Of a DNA stretch of 64,000 nt, positions 13,963-28,084 are shown piece by piece. The position numbers and the translations under genes are program-made. Each line of letters begins with the position of its first letter. Within the stretch, counting starts at the first letter, position 1. Under the pieces are notes generated by a model that did not search any database, was not told the origin of the DNA, and worked only from the letters and a program-made list of their open reading frames with translations. The DNA comes from Saccostrea echinata (taxonomy: Eukaryota), in contig NW_026889757.1 in assembly GCF_033153115.1 (NCBI RefSeq), positions 2,294,001-2,358,000 of the forward strand, given 5' to 3'.

Positions 13963-14481
13963 ATGGCACAAAAGTCAGAAAAAGATGCTTCCACTTTGTC
14001 TGATCGATTCGCAGAGTTGAACAAGTTTGCAAAGAATCAGGATTATGCTAAAGCTTTAAAAGTAGCTAATAGAAGTAAGTTAAAATAAGGGAGTTATTGA
14101 GATATGAGGATCATTGATATTCAACTCGAATTTTCTCCATCCACTCAACGTCACCCATTATAATCTTTGAAAAGTTTTACGGCTTTAAGGATTTTTTTTT
14201 TTTTACAAAAATATAAAAAATATTCATAACATTACAAGTTTCTAGGGAAAATTTTCAGTTTATTTCTCTATTTGAAACAAAATAAAATTGTTTTGAGTGC
14301 ATAGATAGATCAGGTTGGGCACATACCACCAAATCAGGGTTTCAAACTAACTTGTAATCCTTGATAGCCATGTGGTCTACTGAACCTTGCAATTCTGGGA
14401 CCCACATCAAAATTTATTCGCCCACAGATTATCAGACCTTCTATTGAATATAAAAACAACAATCCCATTTTTCGTTTTTAG

Positions 14482-14521
<40 letters not shown>

Positions 14522-14580
14522 TTTTTGTCCGGCGTCCGTCTGTCTGTCTGTAAATTTTTAACATTTTCGACTTCTTCTCA

Positions 14581-14611
<31 letters not shown>

Positions 14612-14620
14612 CCACAAAGT

Positions 14621-14666
<46 letters not shown>

Positions 14667-17600
14667 CCCTCTTTCAAGGAGAGATAATAAAGAATTAGTG
14701 AAAAATTAATAGCATCTTTTAAAAATCTTCTTCTCAAGAACCACAGGGCCAGGAAAGATGAAACTCATGTGGAAGCATCCTCAGGTAGTGCAGATTCAAA
14801 TTTGTTCAAATCATGACTCCCGAGGGTAGGGCAGGGCCACAATGGAGGATCAAAGTTTTACATAGAAATATATAGGAAAAACCTTTAAAAATCTTCTTCT
14901 CAAGAACAGCAAAGCCATGATGAGTCATATTTATATGGAAGCATCCTCAGGTAGTGTAGATTCAAGTTTGTTCAAATCATGACCCACAGGGGTAGGGCGG
15001 GGCCACAATGGAGGATCAAAGTTTTACATAGAAATATATAGGAAAATCTTTAAAAATCTTCTTCTCAAGAACACCAAAGCCATGATGAGTCATATTTATA
15101 TGGAAGCATCCTCAGATAGTGTAGATTTAAGTTTGTTCAAATCATGACCCCCCGGGGGTAGGGTGGGGCGACAATGGAGGATCAAAATTTTACATAGAAA
15201 TACATGTATATAGGAAAAATCTTTAAAAATCTTCTTCTCAGGAACAGCAAAGCCCTGATTGGTCATCTTTATATGGAAGCATCCTCAGGTAGTGTAGATT
15301 CAAATTTATTCAAATCATGACCCCCTGGGGTAGGGTGGGACCACAATGAAGGATCAAAGAATTACATAGAAATATAGGAAAAATCTTTAAAAATCTTCTT
15401 CTCAGGAACAGCAATAGCCTTGATTGATCATATTTATGTGGAAGCATCCTCAGGTAGTATAGATTCTATTTTGTTCAAATCATGACCCCCTGGGGTAGGG
15501 TGGGCCACAATGGAGGATCAAAGTCTTAAATAGAAATGTAAAGGAAAATATCTTCTGAAGAAGAACTGCAAAGCCATGATTAGTCATTTTGATATGGGAG
15601 CATCCTCAGGTAGTGTAGATTCAAGTTTGTTAAAATGATGACAATCGGGGATAGGGTGGGGTCACAATGGGGGATCGAAAATTTTACATAGGAACATATA
15701 GGAAAATAGCTTATTCTGAAGAACTGAAAATCATGTTTAGTTATTTTGATATGGAAGCATCCTCAGGTAGTGTAAATTCAATTTTGTTCAAATGATGACC
15801 TCCGGGGGTAGGGTATGGCCCAATGTGGGATTGAAAGTTATACCTAAGAACATATAGAAAAAATATTTCTTCTCAAGAACAGAAAAGCTATGTTTAGTCA
15901 TATTGATATGGAAGCATCCTCAGGTAGTGTAGATTCAAGTTTGTTCAAATGATGACCCCTGGGATAGGAAGGAGCCACAATGGGGGATCAAATTTTTACA
16001 AAGGAATATATAGGAAAATTTTTTTAAAATCTTCTCAAGTACAACAAAGCCATTTGTTATATTGACATGGAAGCAACAACAGGTAGTTTAAAATTCAAGC
16101 CCCCTCCCCCGGTAATCTTTTCAATACTGAACTGATTTGTGCTTTTGCCTAGCCAATGTGCTCAGGTGAGCGATGTAGCCCATGGGCCTCTTGTTTTTTA
16201 TCATGTGCTTTGTGTTTTTTTTCTATCCGTTGTAACATTATGCATGACTTATCTAAATTTGAAGTGGAACTCTTCTGTTTATGAAGATTGATATGATCAT
16301 TCAATATCATATATAGGTTGCACAACAGTATTAAATTTTGCTATATATTCTTACCAAAAATGCACAACTTTGAGTAGGTGGTATTAACTGAAAACAAACT
16401 TTTGAGAAGTTTCCTTTTCAAATCTTGTAAAGCAATTCTTTATAAAGATTTTAGTACCAAAAAATACATAGCCATCCAGCAAGGCACGCAAGTTTGTTTC
16501 GGTTGAAGTCGAGCAGGTGCTTGAAAATCAAGTCCAGGACCTAATCACTCCCCACTCAAATACAGTATATAGAAAAATCAGCACGCCCTAAATTATAATG
16601 AATCTAGTCAATACAGGAAGTTTACATGTTGTTTTTCATCTCATAAAAAAATTCAGCTCCAGTCTCGTGTTCAAATGCCCGAAACGGAAGGGAAGATTCA
16701 GGAATTATTTTGCGTCAGCCATGATTTGACGTGAACCTCAAGTGAAATACTGTTATAACACCTATAGAGCACATGGCACATTTTCATTCACAAATAACAA
16801 CAGTACTTTTTGGTTTCTTGGGCTCATTGACCTGTCGATGCCACATTGTGCCCGACACAATCACTTAGATGCTTTATGTATAAGTACTTCTTACGGGTAA
16901 TTATAAAGCACTTTACTGATTACGAAATTTTTCACGAGAAAAATACCAAACATTCAGACAAAATTGAAAAACAAATAATTATTATCGTAAATTTTCTAAT
17001 CGCCATGTGGGCAACTTGAACGTAATTTTAAGTCACCCACATGGAACATAATTCGCAAATTGCGAGTGGGCAACTGTTAATTTCAAACCCTGCAAATGGT
17101 GGTTTTAACCCCTGTTTTGTGGTCAATGGCCCATATCGGATTCGGTATTTACTGACCATTTGGGAGAGAAAAATCTTATTTTTTATTCCATAGAATAGTG
17201 TGAAATGGTGCATAATTTTAACTTGTGTGGAACATTTTTGTAAAAATATAGACATTATCTGTGCTCTGAAAGAAAAAAAGTTAGATATTCAACACAGAAT
17301 TTTTTGCGCAGTGTCATTAAAATATTTGACAAAATTGTCGCCTACGTAAACAAGTGCAATGTTTCTCTGTTTTCACTTAAAAAATACCTCCTTCCTGAAC
17401 GTTGTTGCATATGTCGATCATGTTTTTTACATTTTATTTCTATCATCCAGGCAACCAATCAAATAATTTAAACCAGTAAAAAAATGATGATCATTTTGGA
17501 ACCTTGTCAAAAGTCTGGTTTAACTACGGAGGCACATTAATGTCAATATTCAATAAGGAAATAAATGTAAAAATGAGAATTCGCTTTTATATGGTTTTAT

Positions 17601-20600
17601 TTTGTACGCTATGGCTTTATTCTTTATAAAAATAGGATACACGGTGAGACCATGATATAATTATTGTTTCAAAGTGATGTTCTTGAAATAAAAACAAGAA
17701 TAATTGCAACTGTCACTTTGTAAATCTTTTATTCAAAATAATTTATTAAATATATTAGATTTTCAGAAACAAGGTTAAAAACTAAAAACTGACAGTTCAA
17801 AAATATAAGGTCAGATGTCCAAATTCATATCCAAAAAAATCAGTGATTTGTTGTCATAATGCAGAAAATCCAGGTTGTATTACATATATATTTTATTAAG
17901 ATTAACATGGAGAGCTGATCAGTCATTGTCTTTGATGTCACATGGTCACGTGATCAATATTTAATTAACTTGGATTTTTAATTCAGGAGTTTTCATTTTA
18001 ATCGATTAGCATTTAATTACCGAGATATATCCACAGTAAAAACACAAATATTCTGTGACTATAAGGAATGTAATACACGAAAAAGAGCAAAAATGAACAA
18101 GAATTTAATATTGTAATATATTGCAATTATTTGTCGTTGATAATTCCATTAACAGTATGCAATTCCTCATCTCTCTATTACTGAATTGTCGCCTAGGAAG
18201 TCAGAGCAGTATTTTGTTGAAATCCGATTGAAATATGCACATCGCCGTATTTGAATTTCAACTCTCAACATTGCTTGAAATATGCATACAACAATGTTTA
18301 TTGAATTTGGTATTGTAATAAACAAGGTTGTAGGTAATATTTTTCATAAAATTATGATTTTTTTAAGAGCTTGCGATAAGTCCTTTAATTTAGTAGAATA
18401 TAATTATTTTAGGTTTTAAATGAAGGATACTTTTATTTTTCCAACACCAGTCTGTCTTGTATACAGAATTTTACCCGACCAGACCTATTGTTTTGTAGAC
18501 TCAGTCAGTTAGACAAGCCCTAGTGTCAAACCTTGGTTAGAAGATGTTATTTTGCAAAGATAGGCATTATCCCATTTAGTATATTTTAGCTAGGTGAAAA
18601 AATCAATGATTCTTTTATCATTATTATATTATATCCAAATATTAAGTGTAATATTCTATGTTCTTTATTTATGTTGTATTGGTTTTCGTTTCAGTTGTAC
18701 ATGAAAATCCAAAGAATGAAACTGCCTTTCAGTGCAAGATTGTTTGTTTGATCAAACTAGACAAATTTGATGAGGCTCTGACCCAAATTAATAAGAATAA
18801 AGAATTGACGAGGTATAGTATTATGGCAGAGAACACAAAGATATAACTCATTCATACCAGACTACGGCAACATTTTTTTTTTCATAATCATCATCAGCGA
18901 TATTAACAGTTTTCATTTTGTATTATATATTGTGCTTGTAATCTAGCATGTCATTAAATGGTAATATTTTCTACTACAGTTATGTAGCATTTGAAAAGGC
19001 ATATTGTGAATACCGTCTGAATAGAACAGAGGAAGCCCTAAACACACTGAGAGGAATATCTCAACCAGACACTCGAACAAAGGAGTTATTAGCTCAAGTG
19101 GTCAGTTATTTTCCCTGAGACTTTGATCAATCTCTATCATCACATGATTATCTTATGCAGTTTAACTCACGTTTTATTCTTGTTTTAGCTATATCGTCTT
19201 GAGGAATATCAGGAATGCTATGACCTGTACAGGGATGTCATTAAAAACTCTGAGGTGAGATCAGTGTATTTAATTTCCATTTGTACAGAACAATGAAACA
19301 TATGTAAACTATCTGCACAATTTTTAGCATGATGTGTATTCATTTATTTCAGGCTTAATAAAATGATACCCTTTAATATTTATATTTTGAAGGATGATTA
19401 TGATGAAGAGAGGCAGACCAATCTCTCGGCTGTCATTGCTTCACTGCAGCTCTGGGAGGGGAAGAATATGGTGAGATTGTACAAAAAGACAGTCTAGACA
19501 TGCACAAAGAATTTAGTAGGGATGAATATAGCCAAAATTTTGTATTGTTATACATCATGATTTTTTCAAAAAAGATTTCTAGTTGTGGTGATGTCACACA
19601 GAAATGACAATAAAAGCAAAGCCCCATTTATGATCAAATTTCCTTCATTCCTTTTGTTCTTTTAATGTTTGATCAACTTGTGTTACTGAAGATGATACAA
19701 TAAAACTTTGATGTCAACATGAGTAGTCAAACCTTGTACAATGTACCAGTATCTTGAACTCAATTAGGTGACCATAACAAATCTGAGAATCTTAGAGTGT
19801 GAAACACTGAGTTGAGACTGGAATTCATCATAAAATTAGAATTGAAGATTTACTTTGACATATTTCTGGTATTCAGTGTATCAGGGTGCAAGATACCAAA
19901 GTTTCACTGTATTCACTATCAGCATGTTAGCTACAATTATATTCTTCTTTAATTTGTTGTAAAGGATGACCCAGGTTTGGAGGAGAACTCATATGAGCTA
20001 TGTTATAACATGGCTTGTTACCTCATTGGGAAAGAGGATTACAAAGGAGCAGAAAAAAAGCTGAAGAAAGCTGAAGGTAAGAATGCTATCATCATTGTAG
20101 ATGGATTTTATTAAACCCTTTTTTAATCTTTGTTGGAGATTTCAGTATTTATCAATACTTTTTTTAACAGAACTTTGAATCTTTCCTATAACTTATTACA
20201 AACCATTAATATTTTACAGATTACTGCAAGCAGAGCTTTGAGGATGACCCTGATGTAACTGAGGAGGAGATTGAAGAGGAACTGGGCATCATCAGGTAAC
20301 AAAAAGGTTTTTATTAAAGTCTCTCATTTCTTGCATGATTTTTTAAAAATTAAATGCAAATAATATTATACATTTTTGTTCAAAATGATTTTGATTTTTT
20401 TCATGTATGATACATTGATGTTATTAACTACCATCACATTTATCAAGCACAATATTTATCAATGATTTTATTATTTAAAAATGACATCTGATCTTTAGGG
20501 TTCAGCTGGCATTTGTTTTGCAAAAACTTGGCAGAAATGAAGAAGCTCTGCAGCTGTACAACCAGGTTCTCAAAAGCAGGTATCCAAGGAAGACTTCTTT

Positions 20601-23600
20601 AAAAATTGATTGTTTAACTGATAATTGCTACACAATTCTGTCAAAATAATTAATAAAAAGCAAATTATTTAAAATGTGCCTCATTTAAGATTTATAATCC
20701 TGTATTTTTTTTGTAATTTTTATATAAATATTTAGACCAGATGACATTGGCCTTTTAGCAGTAGCATCCAACAATGTTGTCACCCTGAATAAGGTAAAAT
20801 TTGAACAATGACCAACTTCCTTTAAGTTTTGATATAAATTTCTATCCAGCCCCCAAAAAACAGGTTTGTATTAATCATTTTATGTGATTTGGACAGGATC
20901 AAAATGTATTTGACTCCAAAAAGAAGATGAAGCTTGCCACAGGAGACAACTTGAAGCAGAAATTGACGTCTCGTCAGAAATGTTCAATAAACGTCAATCA
21001 GTGTCTACTTCACATGTACACAAATCAGGTGAGACATTCTCCTCAATCATTTCTCCATATTATATACTTCTCACAAATACCTACTAAAGGTCTATCACTT
21101 AAGGGTAACCTGGCACTTGAAGAACCGAACTTTATAGGTGTTAATAATAGGTACAGAAAAGCAAAGCACAATTTGATTAGTTGATCTGTGCTTATGCAGC
21201 AATATTTAAACGGTCATTATTACGGGTGTCAGTGTGTATATAAGAATACCTCCACTTTCAATTAAGTAAGGTCTTGTTTCCATAGGTACATGTATATCAT
21301 TTAACAAGAGAATGACCTTAAACTTAAAATAAAATTAATAAAGTGGAAAATCATTGGTGCATAATGAATTTTACTTGTGCTAAAGGTTTTAAAATTAATT
21401 GTGTGCCAAATGTTTTTAGTTTATTGTAATGAAAAAAAAAATTCCAAATGAAATGTAAGCAGTGTGTACACACAAAATTTATGCTGTTATTGTGTATTTT
21501 AAGGGTGAGCAATGTCACAGCCTTGCAGCCAAGCTGAAGAAGCAGTACCCTGATATGGCCTCCCCCGTACTGATAGAAGCTGCTCAGTTTGTGAGGGAGA
21601 AGAAAACGGAGGAAGCTAAGAACCTTCTCAATGTAAGTGTTAGTGGGAAGGGACCGTTCACTCACTAGATACTGTTGAATTATGATTAATTGTGGGCAAG
21701 AACATTAACCCCCACATACATTGATTCATCATTATCTATTGATTGAATGGTCCACAACAGCAAACTACAAAGGTATATCAAGAAAGTTTCAAATAATAAT
21801 TCTTGCACATCATTGTTTTAATTATGAACCAGATGATTTAATTAGTTTTCTGTTAATAGGAGTATGCAAAGAGTCACCCAGACAAGGCCCTGACCACTAA
21901 ATTAGTGATGGCTCAACTGTACCTTACTCAGGGTCATGTGTATGAAGCCTGTAACTCACTGAAGTCATTGGGGGATCTAAGATACAAACCAGGGGTGGTA
22001 GGTCTTTATTTCACATTTAATATATAGCTTAACAGGCACTAGATATTTTCAACTTTACTTTTGAAGCCAGAACATGCTTGATTGTTTGGGTTTTTTTTTT
22101 TTACTGAAATTTGTTTTGTAAAATAGATGTATTTTATTGTTGGATCACATTAAATAGTATTTTAAGCTGTTTTCATTTTATCTTCTATAGAAGAAATACT
22201 CTGTGAACTCTCTACCATTGGCTCATAAATTCACCTCTGTTATTGGTTTGCATATACATGTATCGATACGATTAGCACAGTAAAGTGCATTTGTTTTAAT
22301 TCATTATAATTAGATATTTGAAATAATTGTTATCTTTAGAAGTTAGTTGTTCCTTAGTTTATCTAGAGCTATAACTTTAATTTGAATTGATCCTTGGAAT
22401 ATCATTTTTTTTTTTTTTACTTCATGTGAAATATCGAGACCTGAGCCCAATGCAGAGATGTGTGAGAGAGAAACAAATGAAATTTTGTAAAGGAGATTGG
22501 CAAATACTATTATGTATAATGAAGTAAATTCTTTGATAATAACTCTCTGGACCTACTGTAGGTATCAGCCTTAGTTACTCTGTATCTGAATCAAGAAGAC
22601 AAGGACTCGGCTTCTGAAGTTCTGGTTCAGACTGTGGACTGGTACAACAAGAACCAGGTAAGATTCCTCCTGGTTTGAGTTTTTTGGAAAGTTTGAGTTT
22701 TAATGATAGCCTCGACTCCTTTTTGAGATATGAATATGTTGATGTCTCTGTTATTCCAGCCTCAGTCACCCTCTCTTCCTGTTCTTATGCGAGCCAATGC
22801 TGACTTCCAGTTGAAAAATGGAAGTCCTCAACAGGCTGCTAAAATGTTAGAAGAGCTGAGAAAGTAAGGATTTGTTTTTTCATTCTTTGTTGTCTTCAAA
22901 TGATAAAAATTATGTTTTTTGCATTTATCATAAATTTGAAGTTATAAATGAGAATGTCATAATACATCTTGCAAAACTCTACATGTATTATGTAAGCTAT
23001 ACAGGTAGATGTACCGTGTATTAAACAAATAGATATTTTGTTTGCCACAATTTAACAATTTGATAAAAACAAACATACATGTACAAAACAGGTTTTTAAA
23101 CAACAATAAAGAATTATGTTATTGTTTTATAGGAAGAAACCCGATGATCCTAGGATTCTGGCTCAGCTGATTACTGCCTACTCCCAGTTTGATCCAGAGA
23201 AAGCTAAACTGTATCCTTGTTGTGTTATATTTAATACTGTACATTCTATAAGAGAGAGAGAAAGTCTGTTTGATAGATCCATATTCTTACTTATTGATAG
23301 GGATACAAGCTTATTTACTAATCAGATGGATATAATTTATTCATGTATGTGCAAATTACTCATTTTTTCTTTCTATTTTAAAACATATCATAGTACATGT
23401 TTTGATGAAGTATTTAAAGTATAATATTTTAAAATAGATAAGAAAGATGTATAATTTGAATGTATGTGTATACAGGTATATCGGAAGTATCTGAGATATA
23501 CATATGTTTTCACCCCTTATGAGCCTTAGAAGCTTCTTAATTTGATGCCAAGTTTCCTTAACCCTCTGTCAGGGTCAGTAAAGACTTACCGTCCGTTGAG

Positions 23601-26600
23601 AAGATTGCTCAGGACATTGACGTGGATCAGCTCGAGTCCTCCTTCAGCACACTTGGCCCTAAATATATGAAGAAGAAAACGGACACAGCCCCATCACCTG
23701 GACCGTAAGTTTCTACATTTATCTTCACGTGACTCAGTGTTATTTAACATGATCTGGAAAATTGAGTGATCTGCTCTTGTTTATTAAAATAATTATTGCT
23801 ATAATTTATGTGAATGGTGGATATACACATAGAAGTTATAGATGATTTCTCAACAAGACGACATAATTTACAAATTTTTGTTGAAGTTTGAATTTAATTC
23901 ACAAAATGAATTTGAATTTTTTTTTTACATTTCTGTAAGAAACTATCTTCTCCCCCCTAAACAGTTTGGGATTTCTTTGGTGTTAATTTGCAATAAGATA
24001 CATGTATGGAAGTTGTGTATGATTTATAGATTAAATACAAAATTTATATAAAATGCTATATATTGTGATCAGAGAAAGTTCACAAATTATCCCCCTCCCA
24101 TTCAATTTTCTTTTAATCTCATAATACATATACATGTATAAGTAGTTTTTCATATATTTTTGTAATAATTTCATTCCTTCAAGTTTGCACAAATACTCCC
24201 CCATCTGTAGTGTTGGTAAACAAAACTGGCAACTTTTACTCATATGAAAATCTCCTTGTTTACTGTATACATGTACATTAATATATCTTATTATTTTGTA
24301 GGGCTGGTGATGTGATTGTCAAGAAGAAGAAAAAGAAGAAGAAGAAGGGTAGGTACATAGGTACCAAGAATGCTTGGAAAAAAATGAGGATGCTATTTAG
24401 TCCAGACTTAGAAAACATACTGGGCGTAGATCATGTTCATAGGATTAAATTATTCATATACAATTGTGCATGTAGGTAAGGAGAAAGTTTTGAATATATG
24501 GATTTTTTAAATGTCCAAATTATTAAGCTGTTTACTATTACGGAAATTCTCTAATATTTATCGCAGATTTTTGTTTTAAAATACAGTATACGTATTGGTT
24601 TCCGAAAATTACATTTGTGTTATGCTCCAAATTTTATTTATTTTTTTTTGTTGGTTATATTAATACTTTAGTAATGATAAAGATATACTTGAAAACCTAA
24701 ATTAGACTAATATATAATTATTCAGAATGCCATTTATGCATGATACATGCTAACAAAAAGGAAATTAACATAACTTAAGAAATGAATGTAATATTTTTTT
24801 CTTTGACCGAAGTATCAAAGAAAAATTTGGAAGTAGCGCATTGATGAAAACGTTTTCCGCCCAAATTTTTCTTTGATACTTCGGTCAAAGAAAAAAATAT
24901 TACTTTCATTTCTTATCATTTAATTATGATTTAAAAATAATAAAATGAAACTTTCTTTCACTTTAATATTTAATTTACGCATCAAAGACTGTGCGTAGGT
25001 ATACAACACAACAACGTTGCTGAAACTCAAAATGGCTGAATGTATAGATCTACGCGCATTGATGAAATTTTTCGTCCAAGTTTCTTTGATACATCGACCA
25101 AAGAAAAAATTATAAGATTTATATCTTCTCGTTTAATATTTATCTTTCAATGATGAATTTTACCTGAGAATGAATGACTGTCCAACATACAGGCCTACCT
25201 TAGTTAGGCTACCTAAATTTTCAGATGCATAGTAATACATAACGAAGAAACAACGTTCTCAAATATTGTCGTGTCATTACCAGCACTTGCTAACAATAAG
25301 TTTTAACACCAAAAAACTTAACTGTCGTGTTATTAATTTTTGTGATATCCCAATGGGTATATTTTCCCTGGTAAGCTGATATATCTTTAGGTTCGTAAAT
25401 GCAAAGGGAAACTACTCAAATATAACCCTAACAATTCTTTCTAGGTCACAGAAATTTTGGATTTCATTCGCGCATCTCTTCATCTGAATTTCAAACCGAA
25501 CAAATAAATACTATCACAACCTGTTCATGCATAACACAACATGCTGTAAAATCTATAAGAGTCGGTTGCCGACTGTTTAACATTGAAAGAATTCCGTCCT
25601 CGCTCAGTGTCGTTTTTCTCGTGCATTCATTTCCTAAGAATTTACAGATTAACGACATTTCCCCGCTTTGGTAGCATAAAAAACATTTCTTCACAGTTCT
25701 ATTGTTCATACCAGTTATCACAAAGACAAACATTTAACATACGTATGATGATTTCTTTCCTTCTTTTCCGCAACTGCATTGTTGTCATGCAGACGATCAT
25801 TTGTTTAGTAAAGGGGGATAATTCGAAAAGAAACAAAAGTAGAAAATAACTCAGGAACGTAACGGACAAGTTTTGAAATTCAGGAAAAGAGAGTAAAAGT
25901 ATTTCATTTTTCTTTCACAAAGTAATTTAGAAGCGGGAAATATACATGAAAAGCCAGCTAAAGTAGTTCCGGCTGCTAAGTGCAAGTGAACTCCAGATTT
26001 TATTGATGCAGTTATCAAAAGAATTTTTTATCCAATCAGAATCAATTATTTTATAGAAATTAAATGATAATAAGAACCATTCACATCTAAGTTATCTACT
26101 GTACATTAGAAAATTAAAATAATGTTTTGCCAACAATGAATTAGGGACGAACAGTTCAAATTACAGAGATAAAACATTTAATTACTGAAAACTGCTGAAT
26201 AGGGTAAACAGCTCTGAAATTAATGTATATATGAATGTGGTATACACAAGTATATGTATGTTACAGAAGAATCAAACACAGTCAAATTACTCAATATGTT
26301 AGATAATGATTTAACCTTTATTGCATTTGTTTAAAACTTCCACATTTCTTCATATTATCATACTGTAATTTGCTATTTCAAGCAAGAAAAACTGCAAACA
26401 TATCCCTAATAATGATACTGACTATAATGAATATATAGAATGTATATAAAACAAGATATAAAAATTTAACAGGTAAAATGCCTAAGAATCCTGATGCTGA
26501 GATAGACCCAGAAAGATGGCTGCCTAGGAAGGAGAGATCGTATTATAGAGGAAAGAGAAGGGACAAACGCAAGGAAATTGGTAATGTAGCCTATAGAGAA

Positions 26601-27031
26601 TTCTGTTGTGTTCTTTGTTTCAAAAATATTGATTTGGAGTGTTCTTTGGATATTATATGTGTTTGTCTCATCATTATCTTTTTCTGCTTAGGTAAAGGTC
26701 CACAAGGTGCCACCAGTGGAATTACTGACAGTCTGTAAGTATAAACTGTATCTGAATTTCATCATCAACACTAACAGTGTTAATTGGAGTACAACAAGAT
26801 TTATACTTCTTCAAGGATGTAGATTGACTAGTATATCTAATCTCACTGATTTACAGGGATGCCAGTAAGACCCCTGGAAGTGACTCAAGCTCACCAAAAC
26901 CGAGCACTGCCACCACAACTAGCCCCACCACCGCCCCATCCCCGGCCCCAGCTGCTCAGGGCCCCCGCCAACAGAAACCAGCCCAAGCACAGAAACGGAA
27001 AAAGAAGGGGGGCAAGGGAGGAAAGTGGTGA
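13963..27031 (+). CDS. SRP72: Signal recognition particle subunit SRP72 (667 aa, 20 exons)
   Basis: Exons 13963-14074, 18695-18812, 18980-19100, 19189-19254, 19393-19470, 19965-20076, 20220-20295, 20499-20579, 20736-20793, 20897-21028, 21504-21632, 21860-21997, 22562-22657, 22760-22863, 23133-23210, 23573-23704, 24302-24348, 26473-26580, 26692-26734, 26857-27031 (2004 nt, all phases consistent). Motifs: FEKAYCEYRLN, YELCYNMAC, NKDQNVFDSKKK, poly-Lys then DPERWLPRKERSYY (SRP RNA-binding), GKGPQGA, C-terminal KKKGGKGGKW. AATAAA at 27144-27149. Confidence 0.96.
14335..17092. mobile_element. Non-autonomous hAT-like DNA transposon with 5-bp TSD, interrupted by a HINE
   Basis: TIRs CAGGGTTTCAAACTAAC / GTTAATTTCAAACCCTG; direct repeat CAAAT at 14330-14334 and 17093-17097; subterminal motifs CGCCATGTGGGC and TGCGAGTGGGC shared with the element at 29838-30494. 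Confidence 0.75.
14477..16195 (-). mobile_element. HINE with ~9 tandem 157-173 bp units (SRP72 intron 1)
   Basis: Termini are the reverse complement of those of 6894-9043 (TTTAGCTCACCTGAGCAGAAGGCTCAAGTGAGC ... CTCAGGTGAGCGATGTAGCCCATGGGCCTCTTGTT); short (GTCT/GTCC)n tract; units marked by GAAGCATCCTCAGGTAGTGTAGATTC. Confidence 0.88.
23211..23572 (+). other. U12-type (minor spliceosome) GT-AG intron, SRP72 intron 15
   Basis: Donor GTATCCTT; branch site TTTCCTTAAC at 23553-23562, about 10 nt before the AG; no long polypyrimidine tract; reading frame preserved across the junction. Confidence 0.92.
24776..26070. mobile_element. Non-autonomous element with a long terminal hairpin (Crypton-like) in SRP72 intron 17
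   Basis: ~55-bp near-perfect stem 24776-24830 / 24861-24915; TTATCATTTAATT (24913-24925) is inverted at the far end as AATTAAATGATAA (26058-26070); partial internal copy of the stem arm ~25055-25125; CpG-rich relative to the host intron. Confidence 0.55.
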
Positions 27032-27246
27032 TTCTAGTCTTTATCAGAAGAATGAAAGAATTGAAAAGGAATCTAATGTGAATAGGAATTTTCTGATAAA
27101 ATAACTTTTGACAGAAATTTAAAAAAATCATTGATATCCTGGCAATAAAATATCTATCTTCAAATACTTGTTGATTGTCTTTTTTTGTACCTTACCATTA
27201 TTTGAAAATTTTATGAAACTGCATAATATATTTTACACATTAAAAC

Positions 27247-27978
27247 TTTAGTAAGTCATAAAATGGCCCTGGGCATATAGTGTTACCCTATTCCGTCGTT
27301 CCTTCATCATTGACCATCCCTTCACTATCTCAGCAACAGTTGCACACATTCAACTCAAATTTGACATACGGATATGTCATAGGAATACGCAGGTCAACTT
27401 CGAGTTTGGTCCTGGTCTGATGATTTTTAATGGAGTTATCCCTCTTGAACCTAAATTGATTGTAATTAGGTTTTACATCCCGTTCGAGAAATTTTCACTC
27501 ATATTAAGACGTCACCATATAGCGGTGAAGGGCTTCAAATTTAGACCTTTACTCGGCACTCAGGACCATTGAGTAGTGTGAGGGTTCTTTATCATGCCAA
27601 CGTCTACAGTGACACGGGGCCTCGGTTTTTAAGGTCTCATCTTTAAGACCCTCAGCTTTCACTTCAAAGTGCCGAGCGCTTGACGAAGGAACAGTTGCTA
27701 CCTATTTTCTATCGCCTTAGGTCAGTCGCGTCCGTGATTCGAACACACGACCTTCCCATCACAGAGCGAGCGCTCTACCGACTGAGCTACCGTGACGGTT
27801 TCTTGAACTTTCTAGAAAAAAAATAAGAAATTTTCTGTTGCCGCTCTCTTACTTTTGTAGGGATATATGTATAAGGTTGAAATCGCATATGGAGGTATTT
27901 AACCAGAAAATACAGGTCAAGTTCGAGAAACAAATTTAAAACTAAATATGGCATTTGAAATTTTGGCTGCCTGCGGGG
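27247..27978 (-). mobile_element. Degenerate HINE-like element split by a SINE
   Basis: Matching internal motif CAGGTCAA(C/G)TTCGAG on both sides of the SINE; ends resemble the microsatellite/hairpin and GGGGGCATT..CTAGTT termini of such elements. Confidence 0.45.
27451..27800 (-). mobile_element. tRNA-derived SINE with Meta-like plus Deu-like core (BivaMD-type)
   Basis: Minus strand: A box TAGCTCAGTCGG, B box GTTCGAATC, ~70-bp Meta-like segment, Deu-like GATGAGACCTTAAAAACCGAGGCCCCGTGTC, 3' tail shared with the 30583 SINE; TSD TCTTGAAC at 27443-27450 and 27801-27808. Confidence 0.85.
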
Positions 27979-28084
27979 GCATTCGACACATCTAGTTTAG
28001 TATTGTTTCAAAAATGACTAATTTTTGGCTTGTTGATGTGATATTGTTTTTTGTGGCAGTGAGCAGTATGTCCTATATATGTTT

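Noticed and set aside
20580-20735. SRP72 intron 8 donor GTATCC as a second U12 intron
   Set aside because: It reads GTATCCAA rather than GTATCCTT, and no CCTTAAC branch site precedes the acceptor.
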